DNA of 64,000 nucleotides from a virus (taxonomy: Duplodnaviria > Caudoviricetes), in the IMG/VR virus record IMGVR_UViG_2695420662_000003, positions 32,001 through 96,000 of that record, one strand, 5' to 3'. Below, piece by piece: positions 10,965 through 20,588 of the stretch (position 1 is the first letter of the stretch; the number at the start of each line of letters is the position of its first letter). The notes below the pieces were generated by a model. The model searched no databases and was not told where the DNA came from. It worked only from the letters and a program-made list of their open reading frames with translations. Made by a program: the position numbers and the translations under genes.

Positions 10965-12200
10965 TTATCCGAATAACTTACTCATTAAATCTGCTTGATT
11001 ATTAACTTCTTGATTTGTTTCTTCTGTTTTGTCTTCTGTTGAATTATCTTCATCTTTAACATAATCAATCATTAAGTAGTCTTCTAATTCTTTTATAGGC
11101 ATAACCTCTTGTGAACCTTCTGGGTAAGCCTTTAAGTCAGGGCAAACAACTTTTAATTCCTGTATTCTATCACCGAATACCATACCTTTAGGTTTAAAGT
11201 CTTCCAACTTCTTCATATTTAACTTTATAGCCATTCTTTGACCATCAGTTAATTTACTTTCATCAAACTCTTCCATTTCTCTTCCGTTTATAACATTTAT
11301 ATCCATACCATTTTTATGTATATATTTTTTATTTGTTATCTTAAATGTTGATTTAACGAATTCTACTAACATTTGGTGATCTGCATTATCATCATCTGTT
11401 TTAGAATAATCAAATACTACTGTTAAAGGCATTAATTTATCTTCCTTTACCTTTGTATCTCTATTTTTAACTATATCCCATATGTACCCATTTACAAACA
11501 TTTTCTTACCTTTGGTATCATCATCTATACTATCTTTATCAAAGAATAAATCTATGTTTGCTTTTAATCCATTTTCAACTTCATCCTCAACAAACTCTAT
11601 GAAATTTGGTATGTATTGTAATGTAGTCTTTCCATTGTAGTAGTTAGGTTTTATTTGGCCTGAAACTCTAACTTTTTTACCTTCCATTAATTCTTTATTG
11701 TTTGCAAAGAAATCTATAACATCTTTTATATGTATGAACTCAAATCTATTTGTTGCTTGTTCTTTTATTTGTGCTGAATACTCAACTATCTTCTCTCTAT
11801 CTTCTTCTGTTTTTTCTTCTTCTTTCTTCATCTCATGATTTCTCTTTTTGAATACTAACTTAGTATATTCTTTCTTCTTTTCAAAATCAGTTTCAACGTC
11901 TACAACTATTTTTAAGAAATCTGCTGCATTACTCATTACATTCTCATCTGTTGTCATTGCATTCGGTATATCTGCTAATTCTCCGTCTTTAGTATATATC
12001 TTTACCGTATCAAATTGTTTTTCATGCATAAACTCTAAATTTAAGAATTGAGTATTTTGATTATCTTTAACTCCTACATTCGCTCTTGTTTTATACCACT
12101 TACCTTCACCTAATTGAGAAGTTGTCTTTATCTCTTTTCCAAAAGTTAAGTTTCCTACAAAGTTAAATCTTCCGTTTCTCGCCATTTTGTTGTTCGCCAT
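10965..12200 (-). CDS. Single-stranded DNA-binding protein-like (SPbeta YorF-type)
   Basis: Beta-rich OB-like segments, acidic C-terminal tail, position upstream of AAA ATPase. Confidence 0.6.
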   Translation of the reverse strand: MANNKMARNGRFNFVGNLTFGKEIKTTSQLGEGKWYKTRANVGVKDNQNTQFLNLEFMHEKQFDTVKIYTKDGELADIPNAMTTDENVMSNAADFLKIVVDVETDFEKKKEYTKLVFKKRNHEMKKEEEKTEEDREKIVEYSAQIKEQATNRFEFIHIKDVIDFFANNKELMEGKKVRVSGQIKPNYYNGKTTLQYIPNFIEFVEDEVENGLKANIDLFFDKDSIDDDTKGKKMFVNGYIWDIVKNRDTKVKEDKLMPLTVVFDYSKTDDDNADHQMLVEFVKSTFKITNKKYIHKNGMDINVINGREMEEFDESKLTDGQRMAIKLNMKKLEDFKPKGMVFGDRIQELKVVCPDLKAYPEGSQEVMPIKELEDYLMIDYVKDEDNSTEDKTEETNQEVNNQADLMSKLFG

Positions 12201-12635
12201 AAATTCATTTCTCCTTTATGTACCTCCAAGCACCGTAAGAGGTACTTGTTATCAACTCGATAACCACCCGTTCAATTATTTAATTTTTAAAAGTGCTTTT
12301 TAATTCATTCATATGTACTTTTATAAGTTTTACCTTACTCTTTTATAATATCATACTTTATCATACTTTTCAACTATTATTTTTCATTTGCTTTGACTTT
12401 TTTAAAGCATTCTTCGCTGCATATTCTTTGTTCTAAGTTTATTTCAAATAAGTCTGTCAACCTAGTACAATTATTACAAGGTTCTTTCAAGTTTGTTACT
12501 ATATATCTCATTTATACCTCCCAATATGTATTTAAGTTATTAACTAACTTACAATTTAATTATATATGATAAGTTCATACTAGTCAATACTTTTTATGAG
12601 ATTTTTATATTTTTAATCAACATGAAATTGACATT

Positions 12636-12824
12636 TTATTTACTTCTCAATTCTTTCAATCTATCTATTAATAAAATTAAATCATGCTTATGCAATTCTA
12701 TACTCCTATGAGTATAATGATTATTTTTATCTTCTTCCTCTATTGTGATTACTACAAAATCTTCATCCAAGTCTTCAGCATATAAAAATGTACCCATACC
12801 ATCTGATAACATAAACTTTTTCAT
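12636..12824 (-). CDS. Hypothetical phage protein
   Basis: 62-aa ORF with AAGGAG RBS. Confidence 0.65.
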   Translation of the reverse strand: MKKFMLSDGMGTFLYAEDLDEDFVVITIEEEDKNNHYTHRSIELHKHDLILLIDRLKELRSK

Positions 12825-12834
12825 ATAATTCTCC

Positions 12835-13176
12835 TTAATTTTCTACTAATAAGTCACATACTGGTTTATCTAATACAGCTTGTATTTCATCTTGTAAACT
12901 ATATGGCTTTAAATCACTTTTTCCAAGTCCATAAAGAGTATCTCTAAATTTTTGATCACTTATCATATCATATACAGTTAAAACTTCATCTATGAAATCC
13001 ATAGTTTCTTCTAATTCGGCTCTTTTACCTATCCAGTAACCTTTGCTCCACATTCCATGTTTACTTAATTTATCTTCATTTTCATATTCTTTTATTCTAG
13101 ATTCAATTCTCTTATGTCTACGATGTAATTCACTTTTTCTACTTCTTAATAAGTTTTCAACTTGATTTTCTAACAT
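12835..13176 (-). CDS. Hypothetical phage protein
   Basis: ORF track gives 12835..13257; GGGAG RBS supports ATG at 13176 (MLENQ). Confidence 0.65.
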   Translation of the reverse strand: MLENQVENLLRSRKSELHRRHKRIESRIKEYENEDKLSKHGMWSKGYWIGKRAELEETMDFIDEVLTVYDMISDQKFRDTLYGLGKSDLKPYSLQDEIQAVLDKPVCDLLVEN

Positions 13177-13461
13177 TATTAAATCTCCCTTTAAAACATT
13201 TATTTTATTAACTTTTATATTTCTACTAAATCCATAGTTTATGTTAATTACTTGCATATTTTGTCTATTTGTTCGTAAACTAATATCAATAGGTATATAA
13301 GTTTTATTAAATCAACTATCATTACAGCACCTCCTAATCATACTATGTAATATATCTACTTACATTGTATCTTAGTCCTGTAACATTCTTACTCGCTTGT
13401 ACTGTAATTAATCTATACCTAATATCCTAAACCCAGTTTTAAATAAAAGTTATTTTTCATC

Positions 13462-14562
13462 TTAAAAATTTCTATTATATACAAATATTACTATACAACA
13501 ACTTATTAATATTACACCCATAATTACTTTTGAAACTGTTCTAGTTTCTATTTGTATGTAATCAAAGTCTTTAAATTGCTTTCTGTCAAACTTCTTTTCT
13601 ATCATATCAGAAATATCATCCATTACTTTTTCAAAGTTATTTAAATTATCTTGAGACATAATATACTCTCTTACATCTGTTTTTAATATTTCTACATCTG
13701 TCCAACTGAAAGCATAACACCAGGTTGGTTTATTATTCTTATCTGTTCCATATGTAACTATAAAATCATTCTTTGCACCATTTTTCCAATGATCTTGCAA
13801 TGCATATCCATAATCCTCAGTTTTATCTCCAAAGTTAACAAGCATTAAATTAACCTGTTTATATGATTTAACTTTATCTTTATTATTAGGATTACTTGTA
13901 TCGTTAAGTCTAGTGTTAACTTCATCTAAATATTCATTAACTTTGTCTTTATTCTTGAAATTCCCTATCGCCCTATCTACTGTTAAATTATCATTCTCTT
14001 TAACTGGATAGTCTGGCATGTTCTCAAAATCATTTAAATCTATGTCTTTATGCTTAAATATAGAATATGAAGCCTTTAATTTATTTTCATATGTATGTAC
14101 TGAAGCAGTTGGTTTTCCTATAGGATAATACTTCTCCAATTCCTTATTTGAGTTAACAAAATCATCCGTAAATTCTTTTCCATCTAGCGTTTCATAAACT
14201 TCTTCCTTACCTTTATCAGTGGTTATTATATAGTTTTCTGCATCATGATGTTGCCAGTATCCAGGTATCACCCTTGTTTTAGTTACCGTTTTACCGTCCG
14301 AGGTTGTTTCTGTATATTCTTCAGTTCTAGGAGGTATCCATTCATCCCATTCCTCAATATGTTCAACCTCAGTTATCTTACCTGACCATATTTCGTAGTC
14401 TGTTGTTTGTATGCTATAATCTATACCTATTATCACACCATAAGATACGGCTATAACCAAAGCACATATACCAACTACTTTTATATCAATTTCTTTCTCA
14501 ATTAAATATACTATAGAACTAAATATACCTAGCGCTACAATCCCAAATATTACATAAGACAT
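13462..14562 (-). CDS. Membrane protein with large extracellular domain
   Basis: Two N-terminal and one C-terminal hydrophobic helices. Confidence 0.75.
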   Translation of the reverse strand: MSYVIFGIVALGIFSSIVYLIEKEIDIKVVGICALVIAVSYGVIIGIDYSIQTTDYEIWSGKITEVEHIEEWDEWIPPRTEEYTETTSDGKTVTKTRVIPGYWQHHDAENYIITTDKGKEEVYETLDGKEFTDDFVNSNKELEKYYPIGKPTASVHTYENKLKASYSIFKHKDIDLNDFENMPDYPVKENDNLTVDRAIGNFKNKDKVNEYLDEVNTRLNDTSNPNNKDKVKSYKQVNLMLVNFGDKTEDYGYALQDHWKNGAKNDFIVTYGTDKNNKPTWCYAFSWTDVEILKTDVREYIMSQDNLNNFEKVMDDISDMIEKKFDRKQFKDFDYIQIETRTVSKVIMGVILISCCIVIFVYNRNF

Positions 14563-14564
14563 AT

Positions 14565-15113
14565 TTATTCACCTCTTAGGTTTATTTCATCTGATATACC
14601 TGCCTCAAATGTTTTCTCTGTTGAATCCGATGTTACTATGAACTTATCTGCATTCATTGCTTTTCTGTTTGTTATTGCTGCCATTATGAATTTTTTCTTA
14701 ATATATGTATTATACTCCCTTATCTTATCCGATATCGTTGCTTGATTCTTGTCAAATGTTTTTCTATTTGCTGACAATTCTCTTTGAAGCGTTGTGTATA
14801 CCGTTGAATCTAAATTTGGATTTGACTCATGAATAACCTTAAATAATAAGTTTGTATCTTGATTTCTACCTGATATTAAATCTGTATATATTCTCTCGAA
14901 ATCATCTGCATACATATCAGTTACTTGCACCATTTCTTTTGCGCTTTTCACCATACTATCGTAATTTGATTTATTTGCTATGTATTGAGCCTGAATTGAC
15001 TCTTCTAATTCTACTGCTACATTTCTATGACTTAATAATGTAAATCCGCTTACTAATCCTGAGATCGTTAAAGTTCCTGCTAAAACCAATCCTATTAAAC
15101 ATCCTTTTTTCAT
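14565..15113 (-). CDS. LemA-like membrane-anchored helical protein
   Basis: N-terminal TM, coiled coil, ESNPNLD..Y..LQ..L...R pattern; coupled to membrane protein gene. Confidence 0.6.
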   Translation of the reverse strand: MKKGCLIGLVLAGTLTISGLVSGFTLLSHRNVAVELEESIQAQYIANKSNYDSMVKSAKEMVQVTDMYADDFERIYTDLISGRNQDTNLLFKVIHESNPNLDSTVYTTLQRELSANRKTFDKNQATISDKIREYNTYIKKKFIMAAITNRKAMNADKFIVTSDSTEKTFEAGISDEINLRGE

Positions 15114-15379
15114 AATATTCCTCCTATAAAATAATACTTTTATTTACTTTTAGTTATATTAAACATTATACTCATAAACTAATAATCTTTATCCTCTCTA
15201 TTTTCATATGAAATTCTCGCTATTTTAGATAAGCATTCCATGCATATAAAAATTTCACCATTGTAATCTTTATATACAGGTTTAAACCCTACGATAACTC
15301 TATCTATTTCTTCTTGATACTTCCCACACAAACTACATTTAAAAATATCATTTTTCATTTGATACCCCTTATAAAATTT

Positions 15380-15838
15380 TTATTTACTTACCCTAACACT
15401 TCCACCTGCATCTATATCACCAACTTGACCTCCTGCAACAACACAACTACCGCCACAGTCTATGTCTCCATTTACTTTACCTTCAACGGTGCAAGATCCT
15501 CCGCAATCTACTCCGCCTTCTACATCTCCATTAACTGTCATAGAACCTTCAGAATAAGCACCTTTGGATATATTGCCATTTATAGTAGCAGCACATTTAC
15601 AATCTAATTTATTTACGTCACCTTCTATAGTTATTGCAATCACTTCTTTATTTTCTAATTCTTTATCTTCGTACCTTTTACCATTTACATATAAAATTCC
15701 ATTATTTACTGATATATTTGCATTATTTGGTACTTTTATAGTTTTACCATTTATATTAACTTCTCCATTAGTCATAGATACTGAACTATTATTTCCCATT
15801 GATATGCAACTTCCAAAATTTACGTATTTACTAAACAT
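15380..15838 (-). CDS. Beta-helix (bactofilin/adhesin-like) repeat protein
   Basis: Repeats of V.G.V.G.(V/I)DCGGSC. Confidence 0.65.
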   Translation of the reverse strand: MFSKYVNFGSCISMGNNSSVSMTNGEVNINGKTIKVPNNANISVNNGILYVNGKRYEDKELENKEVIAITIEGDVNKLDCKCAATINGNISKGAYSEGSMTVNGDVEGGVDCGGSCTVEGKVNGDIDCGGSCVVAGGQVGDIDAGGSVRVSK

Positions 15839-16083
15839 AATTTAATCTCCTTTAATATTAATTTTTATATGTACTTACCACTTAAAAGTAAAATTTTATC
15901 CTATTCTAAATATTTATCTATATCTTTAAACATATCTTCATTCTTTGGAATTTCTTTAAACGTCGCTAAATATCTCTTATCTTCAAAATCCAATAATATT
16001 TTATTTCTATCGCAATAACTAGTACCACACCAAATATCTTGTAACATATTTAACATTCCACTTAACTTATGTACCATATTTAT

Positions 16084-16347
16084 CTATACCTCCATGTACT
16101 CTTCTATTGATATGAATGCTTGTTCAAATCCGTTATTATTTACTTCAACTTTTAAACACTCTACTTCAAAAGTTCTTGATACACAATAATCTTCATCTCC
16201 AAAGAATACATATGTATCATATTTATTCCCTTCTTTTAAATTAGTTAAGGTTCCAGTACTGTGAATATTTTTTATATTATATATTTCATTAAAGACTCTG
16301 TCCATTTCCCACATATTTTTGTTGTTAATCCAAGTTTTATATTTCAT
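16084..16347 (-). CDS. Hypothetical phage protein
   Basis: 87-aa ORF with RBS. Confidence 0.6.
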   Translation of the reverse strand: MKYKTWINNKNMWEMDRVFNEIYNIKNIHSTGTLTNLKEGNKYDTYVFFGDEDYCVSRTFEVECLKVEVNNNGFEQAFISIEEYMEV

Positions 16348-16599
16348 TTTGATTTCTCCTTTTATATGATAAAATTAAGATTTTATCTTGTTTCATCTAT
16401 AAGTTTATTTATTATTCTTTTATATGTTTCATTCTGCTGTGATAATATTTGTTTTACTTCATCCTTATCCCATAATGCCATTCTATTTATTAACTTCATA
16501 GTTTCTTTATTCAATTCATCTAACTTCTTATTTATAACGTGTTTTTCTAAATCGTTAATCATAAAAATACCTCCTTTTTAAAATTTTATTTAGTTTTTA

Positions 16600-16947
16600 C
16601 TATTCCATCAAAAATTCTTTATAGTTGGGAAGTTTTATATATCCTTCTTTTAAATTCTCATCTAGTAATCCACTCATTATTTCAAAAATTTTAATGTAAT
16701 TCAATGCATCTCTAATATTTCTCTTATATCCTTGAATTATTCCGACATTATAGTCTACTATGCAAAATATACTTCTTTTATTGCATTTAATCTCATATAT
16801 GCGATATATACCTTTGTCTGTAGCTATACCTTTTATAAACTTGCTTTTCACTTTATGCTTTTCAAGCTTTAAATCTTCTAATCTTATATTATACTCCGTA
16901 ACTCTTTGGAATTTCTTGTTTAAAAGCTCTCTATCTTTCTTATCCAT
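16600..16947 (-). CDS. Hypothetical phage protein
   Basis: RBS AGGAG supports ATG at 16947 (MDKKD) within ORF 16600..17010. Confidence 0.6.
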   Translation of the reverse strand: MDKKDRELLNKKFQRVTEYNIRLEDLKLEKHKVKSKFIKGIATDKGIYRIYEIKCNKRSIFCIVDYNVGIIQGYKRNIRDALNYIKIFEIMSGLLDENLKEGYIKLPNYKEFLME

Positions 16948-17134
16948 TTTATACTCTCCTTTTAAAATTTTCATTTTATTTATATTATTTTCTTGTTCTT
17001 GTTTTTCCACATTTAGTGCATTTAAATCTTAAATATCCATTTCCTCGTTCAAGTAATACCCATCTATGAGAACAAAATAAACCCATACTATTCTCTCCTT
17101 CTATTTTCTTTTAAAATCTGTATTCTATCTGCTT

Positions 17135-17491
17135 TTAAAAATCACTTTTTACTATCCTCTCTATTTCATCCCAACTCGGAATATGATCTAATTCCTCATA
17201 TATTTTCGTAACTGGAGTTCCATACTTCCACCAATAAACTATCATTGCATAACTTTTCGGATGCTCCATTACTGAAAAGCTAATCCTCTTATTATCTATA
17301 TTTCTTATCCTAAAATCCCAAGTTGACAAATAAACATCTTCAATTTTATCATCTATTAAATAATGTCCTCTTCTAAATCCATGTCGCTCCATATATGGCA
17401 ATTTATACTTCTTATCTTGTTCTAATTGATGTTTATATCTAAAGTTTTCTATATAGTTGTCATATATGTGCATATCTTTTGCATAAATCAT
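17135..17491 (-). CDS. Hypothetical phage protein
   Basis: 118-aa ORF with GAGG RBS. Confidence 0.65.
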   Translation of the reverse strand: MIYAKDMHIYDNYIENFRYKHQLEQDKKYKLPYMERHGFRRGHYLIDDKIEDVYLSTWDFRIRNIDNKRISFSVMEHPKSYAMIVYWWKYGTPVTKIYEELDHIPSWDEIERIVKSDF

Positions 17492-18395
17492 TCTTTACCT
17501 CTTAAACTTTCAATATGATTAATTATAGATTCTACCAATCCTATTTCTGTCTGTTTTACTATCGCATCCTCTACATCATCTATGTAGGTTTCTTCTATTT
17601 CGCTTTTTAAACTGTATAAATAATCAAGTACTTCGTTTATCATAATTCCCTCCAGATCCCAATAAAAGAACGATTTTATTCAATTTTTATTTTATATGTA
17701 CTTTACTACCAATTATTAACCCCCATCAATGCCACTATAATCCATGCTATTTGTGTAAATATTGACAATCCACCCATGCATGTTTTTATTATAGTTAAAG
17801 CACCCAATATATACATAATTATTTTCAATATTTTTAGTATATCTAATTTCATATGTACTTATTCTCCTTTATCAAATTCATATTTCATACCTGTATTTCC
17901 ACAACGCTTGTTCTGACAAATACATAAACTCTGATCTTCTCTAACTTTATCTTCAAATACTTTTACATTATTTGATTTGCATTTTCTACATCTAACCATT
18001 ACTTAACCCACCTAAATGTTGTTCTACCACACTTCTTACAAACATACAGACTATTCCCATAATGTAATTCTAAATCTTCTTCTGGGCATCCAAATAAATG
18101 AATCATCCAATAAACAAAACTCTTTAATTCTCTCATATGTACTCTACCTTTCAAATCTCTTTAATCTTTGAGTTTTAGACTTCCTATACTCAATAAAAAT
18201 CTCCTGTTCTTTTCTTGCTTTTGCAATCCTATCTTTCTTTTGTTTCTCCATAAAAGCGTTTACAAATTCATCTTTAGAAACTACTATATTCATTTTTTAT
18301 CCCCTTTTTCATATGTACTTAAGATTTAATTCATCTTATACTTATATTGTATGATAAGTTCATACCATTGTCAATCATTATTTTTAAAATTTTTA

Positions 18396-18614
18396 TTAAA
18401 TTGTTGATGCCTTTATTTTTAGTTCACACTCTTTACATTCTCTATTTAGATTCTCTAATATTTTATCGATCATGTCAGTAGTGCCCCTAAATAGTTTATG
18501 TGTTGGTTTTTCTAAATCATTCGCCACAAACACAGATATAAGCCTACATTCCTCATATTCTCTAATTTGTCCTTTAATCTGTTTTAACTTGATTTCTAAT
18601 TCTTTTATATTCAT
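18396..18614 (-). CDS. Hypothetical coiled-coil protein
   Basis: 72-aa ORF with GGGAG RBS, downstream of structured leader. Confidence 0.6.
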   Translation of the reverse strand: MNIKELEIKLKQIKGQIREYEECRLISVFVANDLEKPTHKLFRGTTDMIDKILENLNRECKECELKIKASTI

Positions 18615-18640
18615 TTTTAATCTCCCTCATATGTACTAAT

Positions 18641-18770
18641 TTAGAGTTCAGAAAACTCTATACTACCACCCATTTACATGAGTAGCAGCAACAACCTTCT
18701 GAACTTGTTGATAACCCGTAGTTATTCATTCAAGAGGATTGTAAGATTTTGTATGAGTATATCTTACATT
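18641..18770 (-). ncRNA. Candidate structured RNA or 5' leader
   Basis: Five consecutive hairpins incl. cUACGg and GUAA tetraloops, plus GUUCAGAA/UUCUGAAC long-range complementarity; promoter-like TTGATA upstream. Confidence 0.5.
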
Positions 18771-18822
18771 TATATTATATGATTTTACTTTCTAAATATC
18801 AACTAATTTTTAAATATTTTGC

Positions 18823-19635
18823 TTATTTTTTCTTTGGATATGGATTGCCGCAGCACATATCTCCTTCTGGGCATTTACCAAATTGACATGATGCACCTAG
18901 CATTCTACTTAATAATGGAGATATCTCTTCTATTAAATCAACCATTCCCCATGCTAAATCATGAATTTCGCCCTGCGCCCTACGACAACATCTATGTTTG
19001 CAGAAGTTTATAAGAGTTCTAAGGTTCATAGTGCATATTATTTTAGTCTCACAGGCATTAGGTAATACTGATCTAGCATCCTCTATTGCCATTTTAATAA
19101 ATGATCTATATTTATCTTTGTATTTATCTTTCATAACATCTTCTAAAAGTTCTATAGGTGTATCTGGCGAATATATCTCTTTTTCTTCTACTAAATAATC
19201 ATATATAAAAAATTCTAATAATTCTCTCGATATACGTACGTAACTCTCGAAAGCATTATTCATCGCCTTCTCAAATTTTTGTTTAATATATTTTACTCCA
19301 CCTATTCTTTTAGGTACTACATACTCAAATGATTTATCTAAATTTACATAACGCTGCGATTGTTGCGAATATGATGCTATTCTATGTCTTACCAATTGAT
19401 GTGTAAGCGACCTAGACACTCCTTCTATTGCAAATGTAAATGAAACATGTTCTAATGGGCTTTCATGCCCCATTGATACTAACATATTTACAAATTTTTC
19501 TATTGCCTCTGGAGTCTGTTTTTCCATTAAATCCTTTATACTAGATGGCGAATAACATAACTTTCCCGCAACTGAGATTATTAATTCTGGATTCATTGTG
19601 TGACTTAATAATTTTATATTTAATTTAGTTTCCAT
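18823..19635 (-). CDS. thyX: FAD-dependent thymidylate synthase
   Basis: GHESPLEH, RHRIASYSQQSQRY signature, ARSVLPNA, AQGEI. Confidence 0.97.
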   Translation of the reverse strand: METKLNIKLLSHTMNPELIISVAGKLCYSPSSIKDLMEKQTPEAIEKFVNMLVSMGHESPLEHVSFTFAIEGVSRSLTHQLVRHRIASYSQQSQRYVNLDKSFEYVVPKRIGGVKYIKQKFEKAMNNAFESYVRISRELLEFFIYDYLVEEKEIYSPDTPIELLEDVMKDKYKDKYRSFIKMAIEDARSVLPNACETKIICTMNLRTLINFCKHRCCRRAQGEIHDLAWGMVDLIEEISPLLSRMLGASCQFGKCPEGDMCCGNPYPKKK

Positions 19636-19654
19636 ATGTACTTATTCCCCTTTA

Positions 19655-20566
19655 TTATATATTATTTCTTTCTGCTATTTCTATTGTTTGTTCTATTAAA
19701 CTTAATACAGTCATTTGTCCAATTCCTCCTGGAACTGGCGTAATGGAACAATTCTTCTCAACCAATCTATCATAATCTGATTTAGATACATCCCCACACA
19801 TCTTACCATTTTCATCAAAGTTAATAGATATATCTATTATAGTTGTTCCAGGTTTAAAATCCTTTGATTTAAAGAAATTAGGTTTACCTATTGCAGTAAC
19901 TACAATATCCGAATTCCATACCTTATTCATTAAATCGTTTGTTTTACTATGTGCTATTGTAGGCGTAGCATCATTTTGTAACATAAGCATACTCAGTGGT
20001 TTACCTACGATATTACTTCTGTTTATGATTAATACATCCTTACCTTTAACGTCTATATTATTCTCTTTTAACAGTGTCATCACACCTTTTGGCGTACATG
20101 CTATATTACCATCTTGCCCAAGTATTAATTTCCCCATATTTTCACTTGTAAAGCCATCTACATCTTTTTTAGGATCTATTAAAGATGTTAAATAATCCTC
20201 GTCTAAGTGTTTAGGTAGTGGTAATTGCAGCAATATAGCAGTAACCCATGCATTATCATTTAATACTTTTATTTTATGTGCTATTTCCGATTGAGATATA
20301 TCTTCTCTTAGATGTATAATTTCTGATTCAATTCCAACTTCTTTACATTTATTTATCTTATTTGCAACATATTTACCTGATGCAAAATCATTTCCAACTC
20401 TAAGTATTACTAATTTCGGTTTTTTATTTAACTTACTAACTCTAACTTTTAACTCTTCTATTTTATCTTTTACTAATTCTTTCGCCTCTAATATCTTCCC
20501 TCTATTCATCACTGTCTCCTTATTTATATGTGCTGCTATATAATCTGTTGTTTGTATTTTCTTCAT
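19655..20566 (-). CDS. folD: Methylenetetrahydrofolate dehydrogenase/cyclohydrolase
   Basis: LLQLPLP, KDVDG, CTPKG, RSNIVGKP, ITPVPGGIG. Confidence 0.96.
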   Translation of the reverse strand: MKKIQTTDYIAAHINKETVMNRGKILEAKELVKDKIEELKVRVSKLNKKPKLVILRVGNDFASGKYVANKINKCKEVGIESEIIHLREDISQSEIAHKIKVLNDNAWVTAILLQLPLPKHLDEDYLTSLIDPKKDVDGFTSENMGKLILGQDGNIACTPKGVMTLLKENNIDVKGKDVLIINRSNIVGKPLSMLMLQNDATPTIAHSKTNDLMNKVWNSDIVVTAIGKPNFFKSKDFKPGTTIIDISINFDENGKMCGDVSKSDYDRLVEKNCSITPVPGGIGQMTVLSLIEQTIEIAERNNI

Positions 20567-20588
20567 ATATAATCCTTACCGTTAAAAC

